From assembly GCA_033763315.1 (NCBI GenBank), contig JANRKS010000032.1, positions 512,001-576,000 of the forward strand: 64,000 nt of DNA, read 5' to 3'. This DNA comes from Deltaproteobacteria bacterium. GTDB taxonomy: Bacteria; Myxococcota_A; Polyangia; Fen-1088. Under the pieces are notes generated by a model. It ran no database searches and was not told the origin of the DNA. It was given only the letters and a program-made list of their open reading frames with translations. Shown one piece after another: positions 9,098 to 19,700 of the stretch. Position 1 is the first letter of the stretch. Each line of letters begins with the position of its first letter. The position numbers and the translations under genes were made by a program.

Positions 9098-9625
9098 TCA
9101 AACGTTTGGCGAAGGGCGTTTGATGGTCTTCGCCCGGCCGTTGCGTGCTTTGCCGCTCGTCTCTTGCAAGTCCGTCAGACGCTCGCGCATTTGTTCCGCC
9201 AGTCGATCCAACTCGTCTGATGATAGGTCCTGCGACACTTGAGGAAACAGCGACTGCTCTTCCTCTTCCACATGGTGTTCCACTTGCTCCTGAAGAACGC
9301 TTACGGTGGCTTTGAGCATTTCGTCGCCGGCGCTCATGGCTTCGACGTCCGCGATCAGGCGCTTCACAGACAAGTGTTCAACCGCGGCTTCAGCCACAAG
9401 ATCCTCCGTGTCTTGCGTGCGTGCGGCTGGGTAAAAGATCTCCTCTTCGATCACGGCGTGTTGCGTGAGCCGATCACAAATCGTTCGCGCCGCCAGATAC
9501 GCGTTCTCACTGGCCGGATCATCCTCTGCAAGTTCATCGAATTGATCGAACAGCTCTTCCACCTCACGGTGTTGGGCCTCCAGCATGTCGATGGCACTCA
9601 CGTTGTCGTTCTGTTGCTTTTTCAT
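9098..9625 (-). CDS. Hemerythrin (HHE) domain protein
   Basis: HREVEELF, HAVIEEEIFYP, EH, HHVEEEEQSLFP. Confidence 0.9.
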   Translation of the reverse strand: MKKQQNDNVSAIDMLEAQHREVEELFDQFDELAEDDPASENAYLAARTICDRLTQHAVIEEEIFYPAARTQDTEDLVAEAAVEHLSVKRLIADVEAMSAGDEMLKATVSVLQEQVEHHVEEEEQSLFPQVSQDLSSDELDRLAEQMRERLTDLQETSGKARNGRAKTIKRPSPNV

Positions 9626-9650
9626 CGTCGTTTCCCCCAGCGGTCATCCG

Positions 9651-9666
9651 TGCAACCGCCGTTCCA
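9651..9666 (-). promoter_or_regulatory. sigma54 promoter (hemerythrin)
   Basis: Minus strand TGGAAC-GGCGG-TTGCA. Confidence 0.7.
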
Positions 9667-9783
9667 GCGGCGCGGGCGGACGTGCCACCGAATTCATGTG
9701 CTGGCGGTAACGGTTTGGGCCTCGCGGTGTAAAACGAGTAACCGTCCGGTGAGTTTGAAGAATGAAAAGCGCTGCACAAACTT

Positions 9784-9799
9784 TGGCACGTTTCTCGAA
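9784..9799 (+). promoter_or_regulatory. sigma54-type element with weak -12 (treY)
   Basis: TGGCAC-GTTTC-TCGAA. Confidence 0.4.
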
Positions 9800-9816
9800 A
9801 GGGACGCGTGGCCATT

Positions 9817-12645
9817 ATGGCTGATTCCGCTCCCGTACTCACGTATCGCATTCAAGTGAGCCGCGCCTTTGACCTAAGGCGTGTTGGCGATCTGCTTCCG
9901 TACTTGCATAAGCTCGGCGTCAGTCACCTGCACCTTTCGCCGCTGTATAAAGCGATGCCCGGTAGCAACCACGGTTACGATGTTATCGATCACAGTTGTT
10001 TGAACCCCGACGTTGGCACCGAAGAGGAGCTACAAAAAGTGGCTGAAGGCGCCCAACAACTTCAGATGGGGTTGATCTTAGATTTGGTGCCCAATCACAT
10101 GTGCATTGCCAGCGCTGCGAACCGGCAGTGGCAGGATGTGCTCGAAAACGGCCCCAGCGCTGCAGCCGCAGCCTTTTTCGACATCGATTGGGGGCCCCCG
10201 AAAGCTGAACTTGTGAACAAGGTGCTGCTGCCGATCCTTGGCGCTCAATTTGGATTCGAGCTTGAGCGTGGCGCCCTGGAAGTGATCGAGCAGGCGGGTG
10301 TGTTTGTGTTGCGGTACGGCAGTTTGATGCTGCCGTTGGCGCCGCCCTCCTGGCAGCTCATCCTGCAGCCGTGGTGGAAAGCTGTGCGGGCCCAAGAGGG
10401 CCAAGATGGTCCCAACGCCATCGAAATTGAAAGCATCCTGCGCGCCGTCACCCACTGGCCCACAGACGGCGGCCCGCGCGCGTGGCGACACGAACGCGAG
10501 GCGATGGCACGCCGGATCACGCAGCTGTGCCAAGACGATCAGGTGGCGCAAGAGCTTGAACGGCAGCTGGTGCTCATCAACGGCACGCCTGGCGAACCTT
10601 CGAGTTTCGATCGGTTGGAACAGCTCATCGGCCTGCAACACTATCGTTTGGCGAACTGGCGGGTGGCGGCGCACGAGATCAACTACAGGCGCTTCTTTGA
10701 CGTGGACGCGCTCGCAGCGATCCGCGTGGATGACGACGCCGTCTTCGATGCGGTTCACGCCTTACCGCAGCGTTGGCTCGCCAACGGATGGCTCAGTGGT
10801 TTTAGAATCGATCACGTGGATGGCCTTCGCGAGCCACAAGCGTACCTAGATCGGCTGCGCGACCTTGTGCCGCACAAGACGCCTTACGTGGTCGTGGAGA
10901 AGATCTTAAGCCCCGGCGAATCACTGCCTGATTCTTGGAGCGCTTCGGGAACCACCGGATACGAACACCTGGCCTCTGTGGCGAATGTGTTGGTGGACGT
11001 GGAGCAAGCGTGGCGCGTGCGCGAAGCCTGGCGAACGCTGACAGGCTCCGAGGCGGGCTACAAGGACGTGGCTTATGAATCGAAGCGCCTCATCTTGGGC
11101 AGCAGCTTTGCAGGTGAGCTCACTGTGTTGGGGCGACGTTTGGACCGCTTGTCAGAGCAGCATCGTTACAGCCGTGACTTCACCTTGGCGAGCCTTACGG
11201 ATTGCTTGCGCGAGGTGATCGCTTGCTTTCCCGTGTACCGAACCTATGTCACCGAGAGCACGAGCGACGTCACGGATCGCGACGCCCGCATGATCACGCT
11301 GGCCCTCGAAGAGGCGCAACGACGCAACCCCGTCACAAACCAAAGTCTGTTCGATTTCATGCGCGACGTTTTGATGTTGCGTGATCCGGGAGGGCTGACC
11401 GCCGATCAAATGCAAGAGCGCAAGGACTTCGTGCTGCGCTTCCAACAGCTGACCGGACCCGTGACGGCCAAAGGCCTCGAAGATACGGCGTTCTATCGAT
11501 ACTTTCCGCTTTTGGGGCTATCTGAGGTGGGCGTGAATCCAGACCACCTGGGCGTGTCTGTGGATGAATTTCATTTCGTGCAGCGGTTGCGCGCCGAAAC
11601 GCGCCCCAAGGGCTTATCGGCGTCGGCCACACACGACACCAAGCGGGGCGAAGACGCTCGGGCGAGGCTGTGCGTTTTGTCGGAGATTGCCCCCGAATGG
11701 GTGCAAACTGTGTTGCGCTGGCGGGAGCTGAACGCGCCTTTGCGAGTTCACCACGCAGGCAAGTATGCGCCCGACGACATCACCGAGACTTTCATTTATC
11801 AATCGCTGCTTGGCGGCTGCCCACCGGAAGGGTTGGATGTGTCCGGTGATTTTCCCTCGCGCTTTAAGGCTTCGTTGCATAAGGCCCTTGCGGAAGCCAA
11901 ACGCGACACAAGCTGGACCAACCCTGACAAAGCCTATGAGGCCGCGATCGATCGCTATGTTGACGCCTTATTGTCCGAGGAGAAGAGCACCGCTTTCTTG
12001 GCCGATTTTCGCGCCTTCTTTCTGCGCCTGAAAGTGCCAGGCGTGCTCAACAGCTTGGCGCAGGTGATCTTGAAATTTGCGTGCCCCGGCGTACCCGAGC
12101 TTTACCAAGGCACTGAAGGCTGGGATCATTCCTTCGTCGATCCGGACAACCGTCGTCCCGTGGCTTTCGAAACTCTGGGCGCGCGGTTGTCAGCCGTTGC
12201 CGACGCCCCTGTGTCTGCCGAACAGGTGGCCATGTGGCTGCAGAAGCCGGACGATGGCTTGATAAAAATGCTGGTCACCCAGCGCTGCGCGCAGCTTCGG
12301 CACCAGCGCGCGGCTGCGTTAGAAAGCCACCGCTATGAAGTTTGTCGCGTATGGGGGCCACTGGCTCGTCACGTGGTGGCGTTTGCGCGTGGCTACCCGG
12401 GGCAAAGGGTGATCGCCTTGGTGGGGCGGTTGTTTGGCGAGCTGTCGAAAGACGGAGTGGTGCCGACGGGGAAGGCCTGGTCTGAAACGTTCGTGGATGT
12501 TGCCGAACTTATACCGCAGGCTCGGTACGTGAACGTGTTAACCGGCGAAGCGATCATCCCTGGAACGAACAATGGTGCCCAAGGTTTCGCTCTTGACCAA
12601 ACCTTCACGACGCTACCGTTCGCGCTCATCCGCGAAGAAACGTGA
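9817..12645 (+). CDS. treY: Malto-oligosyltrehalose synthase (GH13)
   Basis: TYRIQ, GSNHGYDV, DLVPNHM, INYRRFFD, RIDHVDGL, VVEKIL, ATHDTKRGED, PGVPELYQG, VDPDNRRPV. Confidence 0.95.
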   Translation: MADSAPVLTYRIQVSRAFDLRRVGDLLPYLHKLGVSHLHLSPLYKAMPGSNHGYDVIDHSCLNPDVGTEEELQKVAEGAQQLQMGLILDLVPNHMCIASAANRQWQDVLENGPSAAAAAFFDIDWGPPKAELVNKVLLPILGAQFGFELERGALEVIEQAGVFVLRYGSLMLPLAPPSWQLILQPWWKAVRAQEGQDGPNAIEIESILRAVTHWPTDGGPRAWRHEREAMARRITQLCQDDQVAQELERQLVLINGTPGEPSSFDRLEQLIGLQHYRLANWRVAAHEINYRRFFDVDALAAIRVDDDAVFDAVHALPQRWLANGWLSGFRIDHVDGLREPQAYLDRLRDLVPHKTPYVVVEKILSPGESLPDSWSASGTTGYEHLASVANVLVDVEQAWRVREAWRTLTGSEAGYKDVAYESKRLILGSSFAGELTVLGRRLDRLSEQHRYSRDFTLASLTDCLREVIACFPVYRTYVTESTSDVTDRDARMITLALEEAQRRNPVTNQSLFDFMRDVLMLRDPGGLTADQMQERKDFVLRFQQLTGPVTAKGLEDTAFYRYFPLLGLSEVGVNPDHLGVSVDEFHFVQRLRAETRPKGLSASATHDTKRGEDARARLCVLSEIAPEWVQTVLRWRELNAPLRVHHAGKYAPDDITETFIYQSLLGGCPPEGLDVSGDFPSRFKASLHKALAEAKRDTSWTNPDKAYEAAIDRYVDALLSEEKSTAFLADFRAFFLRLKVPGVLNSLAQVILKFACPGVPELYQGTEGWDHSFVDPDNRRPVAFETLGARLSAVADAPVSAEQVAMWLQKPDDGLIKMLVTQRCAQLRHQRAAALESHRYEVCRVWGPLARHVVAFARGYPGQRVIALVGRLFGELSKDGVVPTGKAWSETFVDVAELIPQARYVNVLTGEAIIPGTNNGAQGFALDQTFTTLPFALIREET

Positions 12646-12657
12646 CGTAGAGGTACC

Positions 12658-12673
12658 CGGCACGAATCATGCT
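12658..12673 (+). promoter_or_regulatory. sigma54 promoter (nucleotidyltransferase)
   Basis: CGGCAC-GAATC-ATGCT; supports ATG 12702 as the true start. Confidence 0.65.
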
Positions 12674-12701
12674 TATTGAGCTTGGACGCAGGAGGTCCCT
12701 C

Positions 12702-13640
12702 ATGAAAGCAGTGCCAGCCAAGACGCGAAACCTTTGGGCGATTGTTTTAGCCGGCGGCAAGGGCGCTCGCATTTCGCCCTTGAGTCGCAAGCTTATTGGG
12801 CAAGAGGTGCCGAAGCAGTACCTGCCTTTGTTGAGCTCGAAACGCAGCCTTTTGCAAGAAACCCAGGATCGCTTGGCGTCGTTGGTGCCGCAGGAGCGCA
12901 CCGTGGTGGTGGTGGCGAAAGAATGGGCTTCGTTGGCCGCCAAGCAGCTGCAAGAATACCCTGGTGTGCGCATTGTGCCCCAGCCTGCTGATCGCGGCAC
13001 CACAGCCGGGATCATGTTGCCGCTGTGCCACGTGTTGGCGCATGATCCTCAGGCCGAGGTGCTCATTTCACCGTCGGACCATCACATCGAGCGCCCCGAA
13101 GCCTTGTATGAAGCTGTCGCGCAGATTCGCCAAACAATTCAAGAGTCGCCGCGTGACATCGGCATCTTGGGCATCAAGGCCGAGCACCCCGCGACTGATC
13201 TGGGGTGGATTGAGCCTGGCCAACCTGTGCAGAATTGCCGACGCATCAAAGGGTTTATAGAGAAGCCCGACAGCGAAACGGCGCGCGCGCTTTATAAGGC
13301 ACAGGCCCTATGGAATACCATGATCTTAATGGGCCGCGCCTCGTCTCTTTGGGCCACCGTGTTGCGTGGCAATGAAACGATTCCCTCTTTGTTCGAGCCT
13401 TACATTCAGCAGTTGGTGCAATCGCCATTGTCCGCTGTGGGCTTTGCTGATCGCATTTACGAGCAGATGCCCAACGTTGATTTCAGTTCGGGCGTGCTTG
13501 AGAGGGCCGACAACTTGTTTGTGGCAACCTTAGAGAGGGCAGGGTGGTTCGATTGTGGAACCCCTGAGCGCTTGTTCGACTGGCTACGGCGGACACCAAG
13601 CAGCGACAGTCCGTTTCGGCGTTTGATGGATGCCGCATAG
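12702..13640 (+). CDS. Mannose-1-phosphate guanylyltransferase-like sugar-phosphate nucleotidyltransferase
   Basis: AIVLAGGKGAR, PKQY, PSDH, GWIEPG, FIEKP, WFDCG; SD AGGAGG. Confidence 0.85.
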   Translation: MKAVPAKTRNLWAIVLAGGKGARISPLSRKLIGQEVPKQYLPLLSSKRSLLQETQDRLASLVPQERTVVVVAKEWASLAAKQLQEYPGVRIVPQPADRGTTAGIMLPLCHVLAHDPQAEVLISPSDHHIERPEALYEAVAQIRQTIQESPRDIGILGIKAEHPATDLGWIEPGQPVQNCRRIKGFIEKPDSETARALYKAQALWNTMILMGRASSLWATVLRGNETIPSLFEPYIQQLVQSPLSAVGFADRIYEQMPNVDFSSGVLERADNLFVATLERAGWFDCGTPERLFDWLRRTPSSDSPFRRLMDAA

Positions 13641-13649
13641 CCAAAGACG

Positions 13650-13963
13650 TGTGCGTCCTCCGCTACAGGTGTCACCACTTCGTAGCGTCAGGAGCTCTAA
13701 GCGCAGTCGCTGACCATTCCACGCGCAGGCTCATCTGGAGGGGCCCATCCCCCCGACAAAACACTGGGCCGTCGCCTGCGTCATCGTGTTTTCGAAAACG
13801 CTGGACGCCGAGGCGGTGCACCCCGGCGTCCTCACTCAAACCCGTCGCCTCTACCCCACCGCCAAACTCCCACGCCACCCAATCCCTTTACACCGCCCAG
13901 CCACACCTACCGTACCCCTGCACCTAACCCCCAGTCCTCCCCATCACCATCCCCGTTTCGTGC
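13650..13963 (-). ncRNA. Candidate sigma54-dependent G-rich small RNA (boundaries inferred)
   Basis: Gene-free gap downstream of a sigma54 element; G-rich, C-poor 5' ~110 nt, then several inverted repeats. Confidence 0.45.
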
Positions 13964-13973
13964 CCTCCTAATA

Positions 13974-13989
13974 TTCAAGTCACATGCCA
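13974..13989 (-). promoter_or_regulatory. sigma54-type element pointing into non-coding gap
   Basis: Minus strand TGGCAT-GTGAC-TTGAA. Confidence 0.6.
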
Positions 13990-14099
13990 ACGCAACGCCC
14001 GCCGTTTGGGTCGACAAAAGCCGCTCATTCAACGGAGCGCCGTCCCAAAGCCGTTACGCGCATCGTGGTTCGGTAACGTCGTGCACCTCCGCAGATCGT

Positions 14100-14115
14100 C
14101 GGCATACGCCCTGCA
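14100..14115 (+). promoter_or_regulatory. sigma54 promoter (tspO-tamA-tamB)
   Basis: CGGCAT-ACGCC-CTGCA. Confidence 0.6.
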
Positions 14116-14133
14116 CATACGATTGCCGAGGCA

Positions 14134-14640
14134 ATGAAGACAGTGAACAACACATCGGAAACAACTCGCAAACGCAGCTGGGTTTGGGGCGCAGCGGCCG
14201 TGGTGGGAGCCACCATCGGAGCTGCTGCTTTGGGTGCAACAACGTCTCGCCCCGGCTTGTGGTATCACCAGTTAAGGAAGCCGGTGGGAACACCACCCAA
14301 CGCCGCTTTTGGTCCGGTGTGGACTTTGCTCTACATGGGCATCGCCTATGCCGGTGTCCGTTTGGTGAGAGCCCCCGCCTCACCTGAGCGCAGCAAAGCG
14401 CTCGCGTGGTGGAGCACACAGCTCGCGCTCAACGCCGCTTGGTCGCCAGTGTTCTTCGGCGTGAAACAGCCAGCGGCCGCGATGGTGATCATCGGTGCTT
14501 TGGTGCCTGCGATTGCCGCCACAACAAATGCCGCCCGTAAGGTGGATGGTCCCAGCGCCGTGTTGATGTTGCCGTACTTGGCGTGGACCTCGTACGCAAC
14601 GTATTTGAACGCCGGCATCTTGCTGAAGAACCACGTCTAG
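14134..14640 (+). CDS. tspO: TspO/MBR family protein
   Basis: WYHQLRKP..TPP..FGPVWTLLY, LNAAWSPVFFG, PYLAWTSYATYLN. Confidence 0.95.
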   Translation: MKTVNNTSETTRKRSWVWGAAAVVGATIGAAALGATTSRPGLWYHQLRKPVGTPPNAAFGPVWTLLYMGIAYAGVRLVRAPASPERSKALAWWSTQLALNAAWSPVFFGVKQPAAAMVIIGALVPAIAATTNAARKVDGPSAVLMLPYLAWTSYATYLNAGILLKNHV

Positions 14641-14642
14641 CA

Positions 14643-16730
14643 ATGCCTGCTGATCCCTCGAAGCCCGCTCGACGTGGCTGCGGCCCCGGCTTGCTCCTCG
14701 TCCTCCTTACATTGACGCTGATTGGCTGTGCCCAGAAGCAAACGCCTGCGGGGCCGCAGGTGAAGGCGCTTGATATCGAGGGCAACAAGGCCGTAAGCGA
14801 TCGCGCGATCAAAAAGAAGATCGTCATGGAAGCCACGGGCTGGTGGCCCTTTGCAAAGAAAAAGTACTTCGACCCTGTTAGCTGGCACAAAGACAAAGAG
14901 CGCATCAAACGTTTCTATGAAACCCAGGGGTTTTATAAGGCGGAAGTGAGCGTGTCTGATGTGCCGCCCGCCACCCGGCGCGACACGAACGAAAAGGTGG
15001 CCTTGCAAGCCAAAGTGGCTGAAGGGCCACGCTTCGTTTTGGAGACGTTGGCGATCGAAGGCCTCGACGGCGTGCCACCCAAGGTGAAAACGCTTCTGAC
15101 CGAGGATCTTCCTTTGGTGAAGGGCAAGCCGTTCACGGAGGCGGCGTGGGCCGAAGCGAAGAATTCACTGCTTCATGGTCTGCGCAACGCCGGGTTTGGC
15201 GAAGCCGAAGTCAAGGGTATGGCACGCGTGGATTTGGACACGAACGCCGTGCACGCGACGATCCGCGTGGCACCTGGAACCAGTTACAAGTTTGCCGCTC
15301 CTGTTGTGGTGCCCGAATCGCATCCCAAGGTGGATCCCGAATTCATCCGTCAACAGGTGCTGTTGGCCGCGCCTGTGGGTGCACCTTACTCGGAAGAAGA
15401 CGTGGAGGAAGCCACGAGCCGCGTGGCCGCGATGGGCGTGTTCTCGCGCGCGGAAGTGCACCCCGATTTTGAACACGCGTCGCAGGGCGCCGTGCCTCTG
15501 CGGGTGGAGACAGATACAGCGCCGTTTCACACGCTACGCCTGGGTGGTGGCGCGGGGTTTGATCAGGTGCGCAATGAGTTGAGGTTGATCAGCGACTGGT
15601 CCGATCGCAATTTCCTAGGCGGCTTGCGCATCTTGCGCATCCAATCGAAAGTGGGTTGGGCGTTCCTTCCAGACGTGCTTACCAACGTCAGAGGCGATAA
15701 GGCGCTCACCGTGCGCAGCGGCCCCATCGCAAGCTTGCGAACCGAGTTTGAACAACCCCGCTTTTTGGGTAAGCCATCGCTGAAGCTCACCGTGCGCGCG
15801 GAGGGTGAGCGTCAGTTGCAGGAGGCATTCAAGGCATCGACAGGTCGGGCCGGCCCCGAAGTGCAGTGGTTGATCCGATCCAAGTTGCGCTTGTCGGTGG
15901 GGTACACGCTTGATGGCTCTTACCTGGAGACGTTGGCGGCCATCAATCCGATCTCGGCACCGATCGTTTTAGGCTGCGACAATGAAGAAACAAAGTGTTT
16001 GCGATGGCTATCGTTCGTGTCCCAGCGCCTGGTTTACGATCGACGAGACAACCCCCTTGAACCCAAACGAGGTTTCTTTGCAGACTTCGAGCTTCAAGAA
16101 GGTGGCGGGCCCCTGCAAGGCAATTTCACGTATCTGCGCGCCATTCTTGATCTGCGGGTCTATGAGACGTGGGACGATTTTACGCTGTCGGCGCGCTTTC
16201 AGGCTGGATCGCTTTGGAACCCCGCCAACGATCCCGACAAGACGCCCATCTCGCAGCGCTTGTTCGCGGGTGGCGGTATGTCAATGCGCGGCTTCGGGTA
16301 CCGGCGATTCTCGCCGTTGTTGCCCGTGTTTGAAACACCGACCAGCGAGGACGCGGCGTACGTGCCGATTGGTGGGAACGGACTTGTTTTGGGGGCGCTG
16401 GAGGCGCGCTATGGCATGACCGAAGTCCTGGGACTCGCCACGTTCTACGACGCCGCCAACGTCACGCACAAGGCGTTGACCGTGGAAGGCATCGGATCGT
16501 TTCAGCACGCGCTCGGCATTGGTTTGCGGTGGAAAACGCCCGTGGGGCTGTTTCGTTTCGATGTGGCCCGTCGCTTGCCGGGTGGCGTGGTGCGGGACGT
16601 GATTGGGCCCGAGGCGGCGCGCGTGGGCACGGTTAGCGAGGACAGCAGCTGCTTTGGCATCGGCGGAGGCGGCAGCACGCTGCCCGATGGTGCGTGCCAG
16701 ATCCACCTTTCGATTGGAGAGTCATTCTGA
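14643..16730 (+). CDS. tamA: Omp85 TamA/TamL-like protein (lipoprotein signal, POTRA domains, beta-barrel)
   Basis: LTLIGC lipobox, RFYETQGFY, FAGGGMSMRGF, GLRWKTPVG, C-terminal HLSIGESF. Confidence 0.85.
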   Translation: MPADPSKPARRGCGPGLLLVLLTLTLIGCAQKQTPAGPQVKALDIEGNKAVSDRAIKKKIVMEATGWWPFAKKKYFDPVSWHKDKERIKRFYETQGFYKAEVSVSDVPPATRRDTNEKVALQAKVAEGPRFVLETLAIEGLDGVPPKVKTLLTEDLPLVKGKPFTEAAWAEAKNSLLHGLRNAGFGEAEVKGMARVDLDTNAVHATIRVAPGTSYKFAAPVVVPESHPKVDPEFIRQQVLLAAPVGAPYSEEDVEEATSRVAAMGVFSRAEVHPDFEHASQGAVPLRVETDTAPFHTLRLGGGAGFDQVRNELRLISDWSDRNFLGGLRILRIQSKVGWAFLPDVLTNVRGDKALTVRSGPIASLRTEFEQPRFLGKPSLKLTVRAEGERQLQEAFKASTGRAGPEVQWLIRSKLRLSVGYTLDGSYLETLAAINPISAPIVLGCDNEETKCLRWLSFVSQRLVYDRRDNPLEPKRGFFADFELQEGGGPLQGNFTYLRAILDLRVYETWDDFTLSARFQAGSLWNPANDPDKTPISQRLFAGGGMSMRGFGYRRFSPLLPVFETPTSEDAAYVPIGGNGLVLGALEARYGMTEVLGLATFYDAANVTHKALTVEGIGSFQHALGIGLRWKTPVGLFRFDVARRLPGGVVRDVIGPEAARVGTVSEDSSCFGIGGGGSTLPDGACQIHLSIGESF

Positions 16731-19700
16731 TGCGTGTGTTGCGCTGGTTGGGCTTAGGCGTGTTGTTGTTGATTGTGTTGGTGGCCGGCGCCGCGGCGTA
16801 CGCGGTATCGCATCACGGGCTCAACACACTGGCGCAATGGGGGCTCAAGAGATACAACGCCACCTTCGTGGGGCAAGTGCAAGTGCGTGAACTGCAGCGC
16901 CACGGCACGGCGCTCACGCTTCTTGATGTTTCGGTTCTCTACAACGGTGTTGTGGTTGCGCACGTAGATCAAGTGAAGGTGCAGCCTCACTGGAAGACGC
17001 TGCGGCCACAGAACATCAGCATCGATACGTTCGATCTGTTGCGACCAACCTTGTTGCTGCAGAAGGATGCAGCGGACGGAAAGTTCACGGTGGCCAAGGC
17101 CCTGGAGCCTAAGCAGGAAGAACCCAAGAAAGACTCCAGTCACAAGAAGAGCAACCCGCCGAAGGTCACTCTGGGGCGCCTACACGTAGAAAATGCGGCT
17201 GTCCGCTATGTGGGGCCGCCCCAAGAACTGGCGGTGGCCAAGATTGATTTAGATGTTCACGCGAGTGTAGCGTGGCCTCGCATCGAAGCGCTGACCGTGA
17301 GTGTGGCTGGCCAACTTGAAAAGCCCGACAGGCTTCCCTTCCGCCTGCGCGCGGAGGCGCAAGGGTTAGCACCCGAGGGGCTAAACGGGCACGTGGCGTT
17401 GTCTGTGGACAATGGCGTCGTGCAAGGCATCGCGTTCAAAGACGTGGCGATCGATGCCGCCGTGAAAGATGGCATCGCCACCATCGCTCGTTTGCAAGCC
17501 AATGTGGATGGAAACGAGCTGCGTGTATCAGGACGCGCAGGGCCATGGAAGACGCTTCTCACGCCGTTCGCTGTAAACGCGTCCGTTGAGCTTGCTGATC
17601 TTGCGGGGACGGCAAGCCGGCTTCGCACGTTTGGCGTTGATGTGCCGCCGCTGGCTGGATCGGGCGAACTTACGGTGAACGCCGAAGGAACACCGCTTGC
17701 GCCCGTGGTAAAGGCCACAGGAAAGTTTGCGCAACTGCAGGCCGACACCATGCGCGTCGAAGCGCTGGCCCTGTCACCAATAACGGGCGGCAAGCTGCAA
17801 AACGAACACCGTTTGGTGTTGCAGGGTGTGCAAGTGGACAAGCAGGCCTTAGGTACGTTGACGGTGCAGGCAGGGCTTCTTAAGGGGATGACGCTGCAAG
17901 GAACGCTCTTGGTGCAACACCCCGGTGCGAACGTGCAAGCCAGGTATGAGCTCCCGCTCTTGGCTTTGAAGGCGGACAACACCGTGCCGCTGCCGTTAAG
18001 CTTCGACGTCACCGCCACCGTCCCCTCAATCACAAAAGCGGCGCGCGCGTTCGGCGTCCGCGGCCCACCGCTTGAGGGCAATGTCCAGGCGACGCTGTCA
18101 GTAAGCGGCACCTTGGGCGGTCCCGCCTTTCCTGACGTGAATGTGAAGGTAGAAGCCAGGCGCCTCCGTCTTGGGCAGCAATCCCTAGGCGATGTGGCCG
18201 CCACGGTTCTCATGCCAGCGGGGCAAAGCCTGGCGGCCGAGGTGGATTTCACAAACCCGCAGGCGATCCAGCGCTCTCACATACGCTTGCGGGGACGATG
18301 GCGTCGCCCCCTCGACGTTCGCGATGCACAAGCGTGGCGCGCCGCGATCATGCGGATGACGTTCGACACCGATGTGGATGTGAAAGGTGCCGACCTCGCT
18401 GCTTTGAAAACGTTGGCGCAGCCCTCGCTTCCGCCAACATCCTTGGCCGCCTTTGAAGGCTTACAGGGCGATGCGGCTTTGCAGATGCACGCGAAGGGAT
18501 CGATGACCAGCGTGCAGGGCCAACTGGACCTCGTGGTGCACGAAGTGCGCACGAATCGGTTTCCCGCCACCAACATTACGTTGCAAACGAACATCATGCC
18601 AGCCCGTTCAAACTTGGACCTGCGCGTGGACACTGTGGCCAAGGTGAACAACCTCCAACTGGCGGAACGTTCAGACGTTCGTTTTCGCGGCCGATGGCGG
18701 ACGCCCGGCAACCTGCAGAACCCGAACGCCTGGCGCGCCGCCATTATGCGCATGACGTATGACGCCGACGTTGACGTCAAAGGCGTTGACCTTGCTGTGC
18801 TCAAAACACTGGCGGCGGCAACGGCACGCCCAGGGGCTTTGGCAGCCTTGGAAGGGCTGAAAGGCCGCGCGGGGCTGCAAGCTCATGCGAAGGGATCTTT
18901 GCAATCGGCCCAAGGCACCTTGAGCCTGCTCGTGGACCGTGCGCGCACGAACCGCTTCCCAGCGACGAACGTGAATTTGCAGGCAAACCTCACAACGACG
19001 GATGCGAACCTGTCTTTACGGATAGACACCGTTGCCAAAGGCAACGCCGCGCGTTTGGTGATGTTGACCGCGCAAGGCAGGCCCGCGGGCCGCATGCTTG
19101 ATGTGAAGGCTTGGCAGCACGCAGACGTGCAGTGGCAAGCGGAGCTTGGGCCCCTGCGCATGCAGCAGATCCAGTCGTTCGCGCCAGAGCCATCGCAGTT
19201 CACGATGGAACCAATGCAGGGACGGTTTCATGCGTTGATGAGTGGCAAGGGAACCTTGCCGGCGCCCAACGCGCACGTCGAGGTCACAGTGTCGCAAATC
19301 AAGCGCGGTACGCGCGCGCTGGGCGAGATCGATATCAAGGCTGACTACGAAAAGATGATCCCTAAGCTAGTGGCCCACCTAACCAGCGCCAATGGTGGCA
19401 CCTTTGACGTGAACGTTCACACCACGAGACCTTTGCCATTGGCACCCCTGCCGGCGCGTGAAGCTTTGCCCCCCACGAATGTGAACGTGACGGCCACGGC
19501 GTTCAACCTGGCCCTGTTCGACGGCTGGATCGAGAGCTTGCGTGGCGTGGGCGGCATGATGAATGGACACCTCAACGTCGGTGGCACCATGGCGGCGCCC
19601 AAATTCGAGGGCAACCTATCGGTAAAAGATGGATCGGTCGAGGTCATAGAAGTCGCCCGCTTCGAAGACATTGATGTACGGATGAAAGCCGCGCCGGGGC

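Noticed and set aside
13672-13971. Short ORFs (68 aa minus; 92 and 61 aa plus) or a transposase remnant in the gap
   Set aside because: Low-complexity translations driven by strand skew; no transposase motif, terminal repeats or target duplication
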